From assembly GCA_036630325.1 (NCBI GenBank), contig CP142728.1, positions 930,001-994,000 on the forward strand: a stretch of DNA of 64,000 nucleotides. The letters are read 5' to 3'. The stretch's first letter is position 1. The number at the start of each line of letters is the position of its first letter. Source of the stretch: Vairimorpha necatrix (Eukaryota). Made by a program: the position numbers and the translations under genes. Positions 12,575-24,538 of this stretch are shown here, piece by piece. The notes beneath the pieces are model-generated. The model saw only the letters and a program-made list of their open reading frames with translations, ran no database searches and was not told the DNA's origin.

Positions 12575-14911
12575 TCTTTTAATAATAAGATTTTTATCAC
12601 TGTTCATTGTGGTGTTTACTATCAACTTTCATGTATTTCCCGAGCTGTTCTATATTCAGCTCGGAAAGGAAAAACTCTTTATGGCTTACTGTAGGATTAT
12701 CAGATAGGCCGTTTTTTATAACTTTTATTGCCTTATCAACAGGCACATACTTTTTCCAATTTTGACGAAGATCGGAGATTATTTTCGTCAAAGCTGATCT
12801 GTTCCTAGAGATATAGTCGCCTACTTCGTTTTCGGCAATAATACTCTTACATTTTTTGAAGAGCTCCCTAGAGTTTCAGCAGCTTGAAAGCAGATTTCAT
12901 CTCTAATAAGAAAAATCCTGCCCTCTCCTTCAATATCTTTTACTAGAGGAATATTCTTTTCCTCTATGCTCTATATTTTGGGCTAGGTCTCTCTAATAAT
13001 GTGTTCCCCCCGGGGAACAATAAGCGACTACAATTTTGTATTTGCAGTCCTTGGGCCTCTTTCCGTTGATTGCTAGGTCTAGCAACTCTTCTCTGGATAG
13101 CTTATCTATTCAGTTCGGCTGTTTCTTCCTTGATGTGTGAGGAGGAGGTACCTTAGGCGAAGAAGTTTTCTTCATCTTGGATTTGCGTTCAGTCATAAAT
13201 TTCGACTTCGCACGAACTTTATAGATAACATATACCAATCATCTTCCAGTATTTTATTACAAGTTTTGAAACTTAACGGGGATTTCAACTGTTTCTTATC
13301 ACAGTTAAAATTCTTTTTTTACACCGCCTGGGAAGGGGGCAAGTTATTGGTTTCGACTGTTTTTGATGTTTTTGAGACATCAGATTTCTTTAAAACCTTT
13401 GGTTTCATATCACAATTTTTGAGAATGACTGTTCAGTCATTCTTCGTCTTTTCTGTTTTAAGAATATTTTTATTCATCAACTTTCTGTTTCCTTTACGGC
13501 ATCGGTTACCTTCCGTAAAAACACATTGAAGGTATTGAATGATGGGATCGTTTTACCAGTAACCTTTATTTGCCTTTATCTTGAGCTTTGGAAAATCCAC
13601 CAAACTTCTCCTTTTCCTTTTTTTGATCACTACTATCAGGTTTTATGGTGATTTGTTCCTCACATTCTTCTTTTGAGCAGCGAGAATTATGTCAATTCTC
13701 TGATCTAATCTTTCATTTGAAGCCTTTAGGGCATCAATTTGTGTGTCAAATTGGTTTCTAACTACAGAAATCTCAATTTCATGCTGTTTCTTCAAGTTTT
13801 TAAGCTTGAATCTCTTTTCACTGAGCTCTTCACAAAAGCATCTAAGTACTCCCGATGAATACTAGTCACTCCATGTAAATTCTTACAGTAGGAAGCAAAG
13901 CTAGCCACCAACCCGCTCTCCCACAGTACCTTTGGTTGGCATTTCTACCTTCTTCTCTCTTTATTCTGTTGAATAAAGTAATAGTTTGTGACCAGAATTT
14001 TATTAATTCTTGGTCTGTGTGAATAGCAGCTTGCAGAAGCTGGTAACTTCACAATCTGGTTTGTAACCTTCCAATACAAGTGAATTAACTCTTTATTATA
14101 CTCTAGAGGTCGATAAGTCGGTCATAATCTCGCAAGTTTCTCCCTCCTTTGTTTTACGTTTGGTTAACCAGCATTTTTCCGGAAATCTAAAACCGATCAG
14201 ATAATCTCGTGTGGAGAAAAGCCTTCTACTTTCTTCTCTTTTTCGATCTATGAGTCTTTGCACATTTTCCTTATCATCAAAATAAATGGTTTCTGTGTCC
14301 AAATGTTGCTTTATATGTATTCTCAATATTTTTTAACCATTCTATAATATTCATATTTCGTAGATCTTCAATAAAGTAAAGGTCCGCCGTGAACTTCAGT
14401 TCTAAGCCTTCTATTTTGGTTTTGAATGTAATGAACTTTCCCTTGAAATTTTCTGTCTGTTTCCTTCCGTCTTTTGACAGATGTACCTTGCTTAGGATTT
14501 CTCTGGTTGAATTCAACTTGACGTATCTTAGGCGGAGATATGTCTTAATGAGGTAAAAGGCATTTTCAGGAGTAAAGCTTTTATTATTTTTAGCGTTTGT
14601 ATTCACCTTCTTGCTCACCATGCCCTTGTGAGCTTTTTTTTGCTATTTATACTTTTACATGTTTGTTTGTAAACAAACAACAAGAAGTTTTAGAAAGACT
14701 ATTCTTGGAATGGAGTATATTGTATCATTACATGGATATGGATTATTTGTTAAGAATAGTAAACAAATAATGTGATGAGCTATGTTTTGATTGATAAGGT
14801 CATCACACTTGCCAACCAGCAGACGAAGGTTGGCAAGACTTAATGCTTTGCACCCAGTTATAATAAACATTGGTCCACCCTCCGCGACGTGGACGCTCTC
14901 TTGTGGCGGGC
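12575..14911 (-). mobile_element. LINE subfamily B copy: 5' ribozyme, 5' UTR and decayed ORF1
   Basis: Inverse homolog of ~59140-61760 (e.g. peptide SDLRQN.KKYVPVDKAIKVIKNGLSDNPTV). That copy continues into an APE domain. Many frameshifts. Confidence 0.8.
14842..14911 (-). ncRNA. HDV-like ribozyme (degenerate P2')
   Basis: Minus strand: P1 GCCCGCC/GGAGGGT (G1.U wobble, one mismatch), P2 AGAGA, P3 GCG-TCCACGT-CGC, P1.1 CC/GG, P4 ACCA...TGGGT, J4/2 GCAAA. Confidence 0.75.
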
Positions 14912-14954
14912 AGAGATTTGCAGCTAGTTAAAAAAAAACATTGGTCCCACCCTC
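14912..14954 (-). ncRNA. 3' half of a further HDV-like ribozyme copy
   Basis: Minus strand GAGGGT-GG-GACCAATGT(n)AACTAGCT-GCAAA-TCTCT, i.e. P1', P1.1, P4, J4/2, P2'. Confidence 0.65.
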
Positions 14955-15058
14955 AAAAAAATAAAATAAAAATAAAAATGTTTATATTTAAAAAGACAGA
15001 ATCAGCAAAAAGAAAAGCCACCAATCCCCCCCCCCAAAAAAAAAAAAAAAACTCCACC
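14955..15058 (-). repeat. LINE 3'-end fragment with T-rich tail (continues at 26250-26282 beyond the LTR insertion)
   Basis: Plus strand AAAAAGACAGAATCAGCAAAA...AAAAGCCACCAA...AACTCCACC matches the 3' ends at 26.3, 33.1 and 36.5 kb. Confidence 0.8.
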
Positions 15059-15122
15059 TGTCGATTATAAATAAGAAAATAAATAAACCCCTATACAATG
15101 ATAAATCCATATTCGAACAGCA
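15059..15122 (+). repeat. 5' LTR (64 bp) of element 2
   Basis: 61/64 identical to 26186-26249; preceded by CCACC. Confidence 0.92.
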
Positions 15123-16216
15123 TGGTGGTGAATTGTGGACAACCCAGTATCAACATAAAAAATCTATCACAAGAACTTTTGAGATACTAAATATTTAGAT
15201 GGTTCAAAAAATTGGACTCATTGGATAAAATTGAATATGTTCTGAGTAAAGCCAGTTACGAGATAATCGAATAGCACTCTAAATTTATGGAACAGACAAG
15301 AGGTTCCTCTCTTACATATGACAAGTGGAAAGAAGCATTATTTAATGAATTTAAGGAAGAAAAGATTGAAGTAGTAGATGTATACCGCCTTTTCCAGAAA
15401 AAAAGATCAGAATGCAAAGGAATTCATCGAAGAAGTCGAAAGTAGTAAAAATGGACTCCAAAGAAACTTTGAAAATTATCATGCTTAGAATAAGAAGAGA
15501 ATTTACGCATACGAAGGCCTACATAACGAGCTGTTGTTTTTTAAATGATATCGACCCTTGGCGAGTTTTAATGATGTAAAAAATTGATAAAAAATTGAAC
15601 GATAAGATAAGAATCGTTTTGGGAAAGAATGAAAAAGGAAATAAGAAAGTTGACGGCAATGGTCCTAAGGAGATTAGAAATGATGGATTAAAGCCTAAAT
15701 ACAATAGCAAAAAACTGCTTCAAATAAATGAAGTCTTAGAAGACTCAGAAGAGATTATTAATAAAGATAATTTGGTATATATCGAAACAAAAAATTTTGG
15801 TTGTTTTTGACGCAGGATCTAACTACTATTTTATTTCTGATGCAGTTAGATTAAAAGCTGGTTTAAGAAGAAGAAAAAACCATGCCAAATTAAAATTCAA
15901 AACTTGTCTTGGGGAAACCTTTGAGGTTAAGTACCATGTCATATGTGACGTTATTTACAAAAATGTGAAATTTCAGTTTAAATTCTTCTTTTTTCCAAAA
16001 GTACCCAGAGAAAAATTTTTGATTGGAAAAGAAGGAATTAAATTAATGATGAATTCTAAAAATCAGTATGAATGTGAAATAAATACAAAAAAGACGCTAT
16101 AGTTGTAGAGAAAGTATATAGCTTCTAAAAGAAATTTGAATCCGGAATGGAAGTTTCGATAAAAAATTTGATAAAAATGAATTATATAGGCCCATCAAAG
16201 TCTACATGGCTGAATA

Positions 16217-17919
16217 CAGTCCATTTCATTTTTATTGACACCTTGTTTCATTTTTATTGACACCTTGTTATATTTTTATTGACACCTTGTTTCATTTTTA
16301 TTGACACCTTGTTTCATTTTTATTGACACCTTGTTTCATTTTTATAGACACCTTGTTTCATTTTTATGGACACTTTGTTTCATTTTTATAGACACCTTGT
16401 TTCATTTTTATAGACACCTTGTTTCATTATTATAGACACCTTGTTCTAAAATTTATTTTACTTTTCTTAAAATTTTTAACCCTTAAAATATGAGAAACCT
16501 AAATGTCAGAGAAGAACTTGAGGAATATCGTACAGAAGAATCATTTGTCGAGATAGAAGATGAAACGCAGTCTTCTGCTGCAAGAAAAACTAGGAAAATG
16601 GTTACCAGGTTGATAATCGAAAGTTTTCTTTCGTTACTTGACACTGGTATGAAACTTATTGATATGGAAGTTGCTTTAAATCTCAGTAAGTCTAGCGTCA
16701 AACGCCTATATAAAAGATATATTACAGGAGAATTTACCAACCTTTCAACTTTTAAAACGGCAGGACAAAAAAAGAGTGAATCTTTAAAAGATATTTCTAT
16801 GGTTTCAAATATTATTGCATCGGAAATAGCCCCGAATCCTTGTCTAGGTCTTTATAATTTATCCGATAAATTGCAAAATGTAAATTGTACGGGACATTAC
16901 TCTAAGTCAACTGTTTGCAGACTTGTTAAAAAATTGGGGTATAGTTCTAAAACCCCGACCTTGATTCCACTAAATAGAAACAGTCCTCAGAACAAGCTGT
17001 TAAGGTCTCAATATGCGAGAGTAATAGATAACATATCAAATGATAATTTAATATTTCTCGACGAAACTGGTTTAAATCTGCACCTTAACAATACTTTTGG
17101 TTATTCTTTAAGAAATACTAAGTGTTGTGTAACGGTCCCGAATTCGAAAGGGACTAATGTTTCTTTAATGTGTGTTATAAGCGTTAATGGATTATATGCG
17201 CATAAAACCAAAGTCGGAAGTTTTAAATCTGCAGATTTTGTCGAATTCATTAACAATAATTTACCTATATGTGAGCAAGAGGAAAACAGAATTTTAATAT
17301 TGGATAACGCATCCATACACAGAACGGCCGAAGTAGCCGCCGCTCTTAGAAACAAAGGATACAGTCTAAAACTTCTCCCTCCATATTCTCCACAACTAAA
17401 CCCCATCGAGGAGTTTTTTAACAGTTTCAAGTCCCGAGTAAAACAGAGACCTAGACCAACAACCACTCCTTTGTTAATTGATTGTATTGAGGACGTGTTG
17501 AACACAGAAGTATTCGTCATGGGTGGTTACTTTTCTCATATGAGAGAATTTATCGAGAAAGCTCTTGTCAATGCGGATTTTTTCTGAATTAATATAATTA
17601 AAAATTTTAATTTAATATTTCTAAGATATTTTCATTGTTTGGCATGTAAATATTGATGTTTATATATATATCGTTACCTCTTCTTTACGATTCAACTATA
17701 TAAATCAATTATGAAAAAATCAAATATATTTTATAACAAGGTGTCTATAAAAATGAAACAAGGTGTCTATAAAAATGAAACAAGGTGTCTATAAAAATGA
17801 AACAAGGTGTCTATAAAAATGAAACAAGGTGTCTATAAAAATGAAACAAGGTGTCTATAAAAATGAAACAAGGTGTCTATAAAAATGAAACAAGGTGTCT
17901 ATAAAAATGAAAAGGACTG
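16217..17919 (+). mobile_element. Tc1/IS630-like DNA transposon with tandem-repeat TIRs
   Basis: TA|CAGTCC...GGACTG|TA. Excision restores RT peptide WLNNIRPVVKP. 22-bp unit repeated ~10x left and ~8x inverted right. Confidence 0.95.
16490..17587 (+). CDS. DD34E transposase (IS630/Tc1 superfamily), intact
   Basis: FLDETG ... ILDNASIH ... PPYSPQLNPIE, with 34 residues between the second D and the E. Confidence 0.93.
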   Translation: MRNLNVREELEEYRTEESFVEIEDETQSSAARKTRKMVTRLIIESFLSLLDTGMKLIDMEVALNLSKSSVKRLYKRYITGEFTNLSTFKTAGQKKSESLKDISMVSNIIASEIAPNPCLGLYNLSDKLQNVNCTGHYSKSTVCRLVKKLGYSSKTPTLIPLNRNSPQNKLLRSQYARVIDNISNDNLIFLDETGLNLHLNNTFGYSLRNTKCCVTVPNSKGTNVSLMCVISVNGLYAHKTKVGSFKSADFVEFINNNLPICEQEENRILILDNASIHRTAEVAAALRNKGYSLKLLPPYSPQLNPIEEFFNSFKSRVKQRPRPTTTPLLIDCIEDVLNTEVFVMGGYFSHMREFIEKALVNADFF

Positions 17920-19684
17920 TAACATTCGGCCAGTAGTAAAACCAGATAATAGTATAAGAATAACACTTAATTTGTTTGCACTAAACAAATTGGTAGAATT
18001 AGACAGATATAGCATTCCAAAAATTGAACATTTAGTATTCAATTTGAGAGACAAAAAATTCTTCACGAAATTGGATTTGAAAGATGGTTTTTTTAACATT
18101 CCGCTAGCGATAAAGGACCAACATAAAACTGCTTTTCGATTTAAGCATTTCTTGTATGATAAGAAAGTAATGCCGATGGGATTTGAGAATGCCCCGGCCA
18201 TATTCAGCGATATATGGATCACGTTCTAAAAGATGAAATAAGAAAGACGTGCATAGGTTACAAGATGACATCTTAATTTTCGGAGAAACACGTGAGGAAC
18301 ACGATAGAAAATTATGCAGAGTGATAAAAATATTAAAGGACAACAATCTCAATATCAACGAAAAGAAAACAGTTTCAAAAGTTAATAAAATAAAATTTTT
18401 GTGAACAATATCGAAAGAAATTATATATCGGCCGAAAATCGAGAATAGAAGCTATAAACGAATTTCAAAAACCAGAGAATAAGAAAAAATACAAAAATTT
18501 TTAGGAATGATAAATTACTCTAGAAAATTTATTCGAAATTGCGGAATGTTATGTGAGCCGCTATACAATCTATTAAAGTTAAAAAGTAGAATACATATGG
18601 ACAGAAAACCACCAAAACAGCTTCCAAAAGTTAAAAGAATTAATAAGTAAACAAATAGAGCTACACCAGCCGAATTACAACCTAGAATTTGTCTTGGAAA
18701 CAGATGCCTTCAACACAGGCCTAGGTGCTATATTGTCCCAGGTCGATGAGGGAGTTAAGGTCCCAATCGCATTTGCTTCAAGAAGTCTAAATCCTCTTTG
18801 AAAAAAATTATTCAATAAGTGAAAAAGAATGCCTAGCTATGCTATGGGGAATTGAACATTATAAATACTTTTCATTTGAGATTGGAATTTACGGCCATTA
18901 CAGATCATCTGACCTTGGAAGCACTTAATAAAGGAGAAGTTAAATCTTTAAGAATCCACAGATGGCTTGGTCGACTTAGTAACTTTATATTTAAAGTGAT
19001 TTATAGAAAAGGGGAAGAAATGTCACACGCGGATGCCCTAAGTAGGAGCTTTGAATAAAAAAAGCGTTAACGAAGTGACTGAAAACGAACTCTTTTTAGA
19101 ACAGGAAAAAATTAAAATAATATCCGAAAAGCATAAAGAAATGCTACATAGAAGTGCAAAAACAATTATTTATAGTTTAGAAAACGAATATAATTGGGTA
19201 GATATAAAAACACTAAAAAAAGGCGATAGATGGCTGTACTACATGTAAGATGTATAATCCGAAGAAAAACAAAAAAATTATATTCGTAACGGCGTATTCT
19301 CCAGGCGGAAAGGTGGGAATAGAAATTATAGGCCCTATAAACAAAAATTATATAATAACAAGATTAGATTATTACACCAGAAAGGGATTTGCCAGGTGTA
19401 TTAACGATAGGTCCGGACAAAAAGTAGCCCTATTTATAAAGGAAATAAATAAAATGATACCGATAAAACGCTTGTTCTGGACAGCTCAAAAGAAAATTTA
19501 AGCAACAGTGTTAAAATGTTGCAAATACAAATAATATTAAGTTACATTACACAACACCATTACATAATCAATCAAACGGGAGAGTGGAAAGGTTTAATAT
19601 AACTCTCCAAGAGATGGCGAATAAAAATTACGAAGACAAGTTTTTGAAAACAAAAGTGCATAAGCCATTTTAATATATAATAAC

Positions 19685-20880
19685 GGTTAAATTGCGATGT
19701 TACCCCCCCCCCACCCCTAAAAAAATAAAAAAAGGGGAAAAATTAAAAAAAAGGGGAAAAAATAAAAAAGGGGAAAAAATAAAAAAGGGGAAAAAATAAA
19801 AAAAGGGGAAAAATAAAAAAAAAAAAAGACCAAACTAAAATTTATTCAATTAATTCAAAATCAAATTCGGGGCTAAATCGTAATTTAAAAACCATATATA
19901 TTGAACTTCAAAAAGCATAACATTCTTTCAAGTAGTGATTCTCTGTAAATTAACTTTAAACGAGCTATATAAAATTTTCGAACGAGACTCATTAAAGAAC
20001 CATGGTTTGTTCCTTCTTTGCGCAATTCCCTTTTAATTACAGACCACATTCCCTCAATTGTTTGGGTGTGGGCGCCTGTTGTTGGATTAACAAAATTTTG
20101 GCTATGATTTACAGTTAAATGTAAATAGTTATAATCCGGACATAGTTCCGAAAACCCTTCATAACCCCGCCAACAATCAGTAATAATTGTAGACCCAGGT
20201 GCGATTTTTCGTTTTATTAAATCGACAAGAGTAGCTCTTGATCGATTTTCAACAATTTCGAAAAAAAAGAATTGCTGTCTCCTCGTACAACTCCACCAAC
20301 AGCCCAAACTTGGTATTGAAGGATTCTACCGTTATGGTTTTTACTTTTAACAAGCAATGTCTCGTCTATTTCAACTACGCAATTTAAACCTCCCATGGTT
20401 TTGTTTTGAAGGTAGTTGAAATATGATAAGAATACAGCGTTATTAAACCGCGTAAACCAGCGAGATGCGGTACTACTATCCATATCCAATTCGATAGTAG
20501 CCGAAACATTGCTTACCCCCTTTACCCATTCACGCAGCAAAATTAAAAGATCTTCGATATCTAATCTAGAACTTTTAAAAATGCTTTCTTTGTAAATGTT
20601 ACCTTTGTTTGAGCATTTTCTCCCATTTCGTCGTAAGTAACAACGATATTTGTCCAAATTATTTCTAATTTTGGTCATGGGTTTCATGCACTTATTGCAC
20701 ATCGGTAACTTTAATATATTTTTTTCAAGAAGAAATATAATTAATTCCTCTTTCTTATATATTAATTTTCTAAAATTCTTGATGTTCATTTTAGAGGTAT
20801 AATTTTATTCCTTTTTTAATTTTTCCCCTTTTTTTTATTTTTTTAGGGGTGGGGGGGGGGGGTAACATCGCAATTTAACC
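19685..20880 (-). mobile_element. Merlin element (transposase 19885-20789, frameshift in an A run)
   Basis: TIR GGTTAAATTGCGATGTTACCCC with TSD ATAATAAC. AAAAAAGGGGAAAAAAT tandem repeats at 19730-19820. Confidence 0.93.
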
Positions 20881-21790
20881 ATAATAACTCTTATCACGTA
20901 GGATTGGGATGCACACCAAACGAAGCAGTAGATAAAAATATGAAAAATTGGTTAAAACGACCCAATTTAAAAATATATTACAATATTCAAAGGCTACAGA
21001 TAAACTGCCAAAAGAAGAAGGGATCAAGTCCATTATGTGCCCAGAGTTTGTAGTTAAGTCCATTATATGCCCAAATGTTTATAAATCGAAAATTTTTAAT
21101 ACAAATACCAAAAACCAAAAATATAATGAATAATTTCTATCATGTTTTGCTGCAAACAAAACTTTTAGACTTCCCAACACATTTTCTACGAACTCATTCT
21201 TAAACATAACCTCTTCCAAAAATCCCGGTAATTGGCTTTTCTTTATCTCACACATTGCTTAATCTTTCTTTTTATTCTGTTCCATAATGACTCGACTGTT
21301 TGTGTTAACTCCAGTCTCAGGTTGCACAAAATAAGATGGTTGATCGGACCGAAATTCACCTTTTTTTGATGTCTTCAAATTTTTATTTTTTCACCCCCAA
21401 AAATGAAATTCCAAAAGTTGAAGAAGAAAACAAAAAAAGAATAAAAGTTTTAAATATTTAATTTTTCATCATCTTTTACGTTTAACAACTTATTACTGGA
21501 TGAGTATCATAGTTTTTTTTTTATTAACATGTACCTCTCTAAATACCTATTAATTAATTTCCTCGTTCTACATCTGTATGGTATATACTGTGTTAAACCA
21601 GACCATGTTCCTTCGATAGTATTAGTATGTATTACTGTCTCGAGATCTTTAAAATATATAGAGTGGTTTACAGTGTGGTGACTATAATCTTCATTTTGAA
21701 TGCCCGTATATCACTTCTAACAGTCAGAATATAATTTGCTACCTTCTTTTACACTATTTTTAATGTGAAATTTTAACGTACTTTTAGTAC

Positions 21791-24538
21791 TGTTGCAGTC
21801 AAAGTGTACATTCCAGGCAATGTATACATTACCTAGTGAATGTATACATTCACTAAGATTTGTAGTTAAAGTATTCATTGTAACTGAAATGAACACATTA
21901 CCTAGTGAATGTATACAACCACGAACTCCCTCTAGTCAAAGTGTTTACTCACTATTAAAATGAACATTTTAACTAGTGAATGCATGTATTATCTAGACAA
22001 TGTAAGCAGGGTTACTAACCAACTGCAGTCAAGCGATAATTGATGAATTTTAAAATAAAATTAAGTTGGAACAAGTTTTTTTACAGGCACAAGACTATGA
22101 TCGCCGTTCTAGATTCAGGTTAAAACATAAATGTTGAATTGGGAAATTAAAATTAGAACACACACAATGATAGAGTTTTAACAGTAAAAACTAGGTTATA
22201 TTAAATAAAAATTTTAGTTTTAAATTGAAACACATAATAATTAGAACAAAAGTTAGAACAACATAAATAGGTTATAATATTAAATAAAATATATCGAAAA
22301 AATGAATTAATAATTGACTCTATGATGATTGCACTAAAGCGACAAAACATAAAATTAGAAAAGATATAAATATAAAGCAAAAAAATACAATATAAAAGAA
22401 AGAATAATTTGAAACATAAACATAAGTAAAATTAGTAAAAAATGTTATTTATTTCCACAATTTAACCTTCCATGACATTTGGAGTTGCATAATTTATTTG
22501 CTTTAAAGCATGCACATCTTTTTGTTGCGCATTTTGTTTTGCATTGGCATTTGGAAAATCCCTGTCCGCTACCTATCGACTGTTTGGTAGCTATAGTACG
22601 TAATGGCAATTCAATTGCATTGTTTTCAATATCATTTGGCGTTAATATACTTTCAGGACACACGCTAAATTGAGATCTAGAATATAATCCTTTTAAAATA
22701 CCATTACGTGTTCCGATTTGATAGTAATCATCATCAGTTTTTGTTAATAAACATCCTAGTACTGCACGTGAATCTCCCCGTCCTCTATCAACTTCCGGTA
22801 CCTTAATTCTAACTGTCATTCCAACCTCCGCCGGAGTATGCGAAGCATCAGAAATTTGTTTCATGCGCTTAGCTTGCTTGTTCAAGTTTTCTTTTGCTTC
22901 TGCTCGAACATAATTGATGCGTGATTGCAACTTACAAATATTGCACATTTTATTGCATTCCGAATTGAGTAAAATGTCACATCCATCACATTTTCGGTTC
23001 TCATTGTCATGTGATGAACTACACTGTTTCTTGTCATTCATTAGCCATTCACTGACGCCTTCTCGAAGATTATCTGATTCTAGATCTAGATCCTCTTCTT
23101 CATTAACTTCTACTTGAGTAATCTCCTGGATACTTTCTTCATTACAATTGATATTTTTAAGAATATTTTCCAAATCTTCTTCACTGTTTATACTGCTTAA
23201 TGCCTCGTGTGGTAGGGAAGAAGAGGTAAGGCCGACCTTGGCGGGTTGTCCAAACATTGCCTCGTAAGGACTTCGCTTTATACCAGCGTGAAGGGCTCGA
23301 TTTTTCATAAACTGCACATAACCCAGTCCTCTACTCCAATTACTAGTTTGATTCTGTTGCATCCATGCGGTTAAAATATTCTCAATATCTTGATTTGCAC
23401 GCTCCACACTGCCTTGAGACTGGCTGTGGCGGGGCTTTCCATGCACAATTTTTAATTCAGGCCATAGACCTTTGAAATCATCAATGACGTGGTTGACAAA
23501 TTCTCTGCCATTGTCCGATTGCAAAATAGATGGTGCCCCAAATAGTAAAAAAATTTGAAGGAGTTGATCAGCAACTTCATATGCTGTCTTATTCTTTAGG
23601 GGTCTTAGAATGACAAACTTTGTTAAGTGGTCCTGGTACACCAATATAAATTTATAATTATCATCTGGTTGTGATTGGAAGTCAATTAAATCTACTTGAC
23701 ATCTTGAATTAAAGTGAGAAAACACCATTGGCTTAACCACCAAGCCTTTCTTTTCATTCGCCCTTTTTTTAAGGCACACTTCACAATTATTTAAAAATAT
23801 TTGAATATCTTGTGCTGTTATATTTTTAAAGCGAAGGTTAAGCTCCTTTTTCATTCTGTCTCGTCCTCCATGTACATTTGATAAATGAGTTTCATATAAA
23901 ACTTCAAACAATTCTTCAACAGTAACATAATACAGCACTTTTTCATCTGCTATTGGTGCAATTAGTTTATCCACATTACTCACATACACTGTATCATAAT
24001 GTTTTAGTAACCAGAAGTGACGATTTTCTTTTTTCTGAGCTGATTTAGCGGATTTAACATCACTTATTAGTTGAGCATATCTTTCCGTATTCATACGAAA
24101 GCCGTTAGCTTTTTGTGGAGTATTGTTAATGTGCTGGTAGAATTTATCTTTCATTGGTTGTTTATCCATTTTATTTTTAGGGTAAAATAATTAAAAATTA
24201 TTAATTTCTATGGACACATATAATTTAAATAACTCACTTACCATCCAACAATCAGCCAGTGTGTACTCTCTCAAACTGCACAGATAGAGCAACATTCAAC
24301 AGCACACAGTGCATCACGAATAAAGAGGTTAGGTTTAAGGTTTCCTAGCAAATTTAACGATTTAACCTACGGATTTAACATACAACACTTTGACTAGAGG
24401 GAGCTCGTGAATGTATACATTCACTAGGTAATGTGTTCATTTCAGTTACAATGAATACTTTAACTACAAATCTTAGTGAATGTATACATTCACTAGGTAA
24501 TATATACATTGCCTGGAATGTACACTTTGACTGTAACA
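21791..24538 (-). mobile_element. Ginger2/TDD-like integrase-encoding DNA transposon
   Basis: ~150-bp TIRs starting TGT and ending ACA, 4-bp TSD GTAC, single integrase ORF, no RT. Confidence 0.88.
22445..24169 (-). CDS. Gypsy-like DDE integrase/transposase (KRBA2/SCAND3-like), intact
   Basis: H..HGG..C..C zinc motif, QVDLID, LQSDNGREF, HSQSQGSVERANQ, and a C-terminal Cys-rich domain CQCKTKCATKRCAC. Confidence 0.9.
   Translation of the reverse strand: MDKQPMKDKFYQHINNTPQKANGFRMNTERYAQLISDVKSAKSAQKKENRHFWLLKHYDTVYVSNVDKLIAPIADEKVLYYVTVEELFEVLYETHLSNVHGGRDRMKKELNLRFKNITAQDIQIFLNNCEVCLKKRANEKKGLVVKPMVFSHFNSRCQVDLIDFQSQPDDNYKFILVYQDHLTKFVILRPLKNKTAYEVADQLLQIFLLFGAPSILQSDNGREFVNHVIDDFKGLWPELKIVHGKPRHSQSQGSVERANQDIENILTAWMQQNQTSNWSRGLGYVQFMKNRALHAGIKRSPYEAMFGQPAKVGLTSSSLPHEALSSINSEEDLENILKNINCNEESIQEITQVEVNEEEDLDLESDNLREGVSEWLMNDKKQCSSSHDNENRKCDGCDILLNSECNKMCNICKLQSRINYVRAEAKENLNKQAKRMKQISDASHTPAEVGMTVRIKVPEVDRGRGDSRAVLGCLLTKTDDDYYQIGTRNGILKGLYSRSQFSVCPESILTPNDIENNAIELPLRTIATKQSIGSGQGFSKCQCKTKCATKRCACFKANKLCNSKCHGRLNCGNK

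Noticed and set aside
16223-16445. CRISPR-like repeat array
   Set aside because: The units are contiguous with no spacers and are mirrored at the other end of a Tc1-like element.
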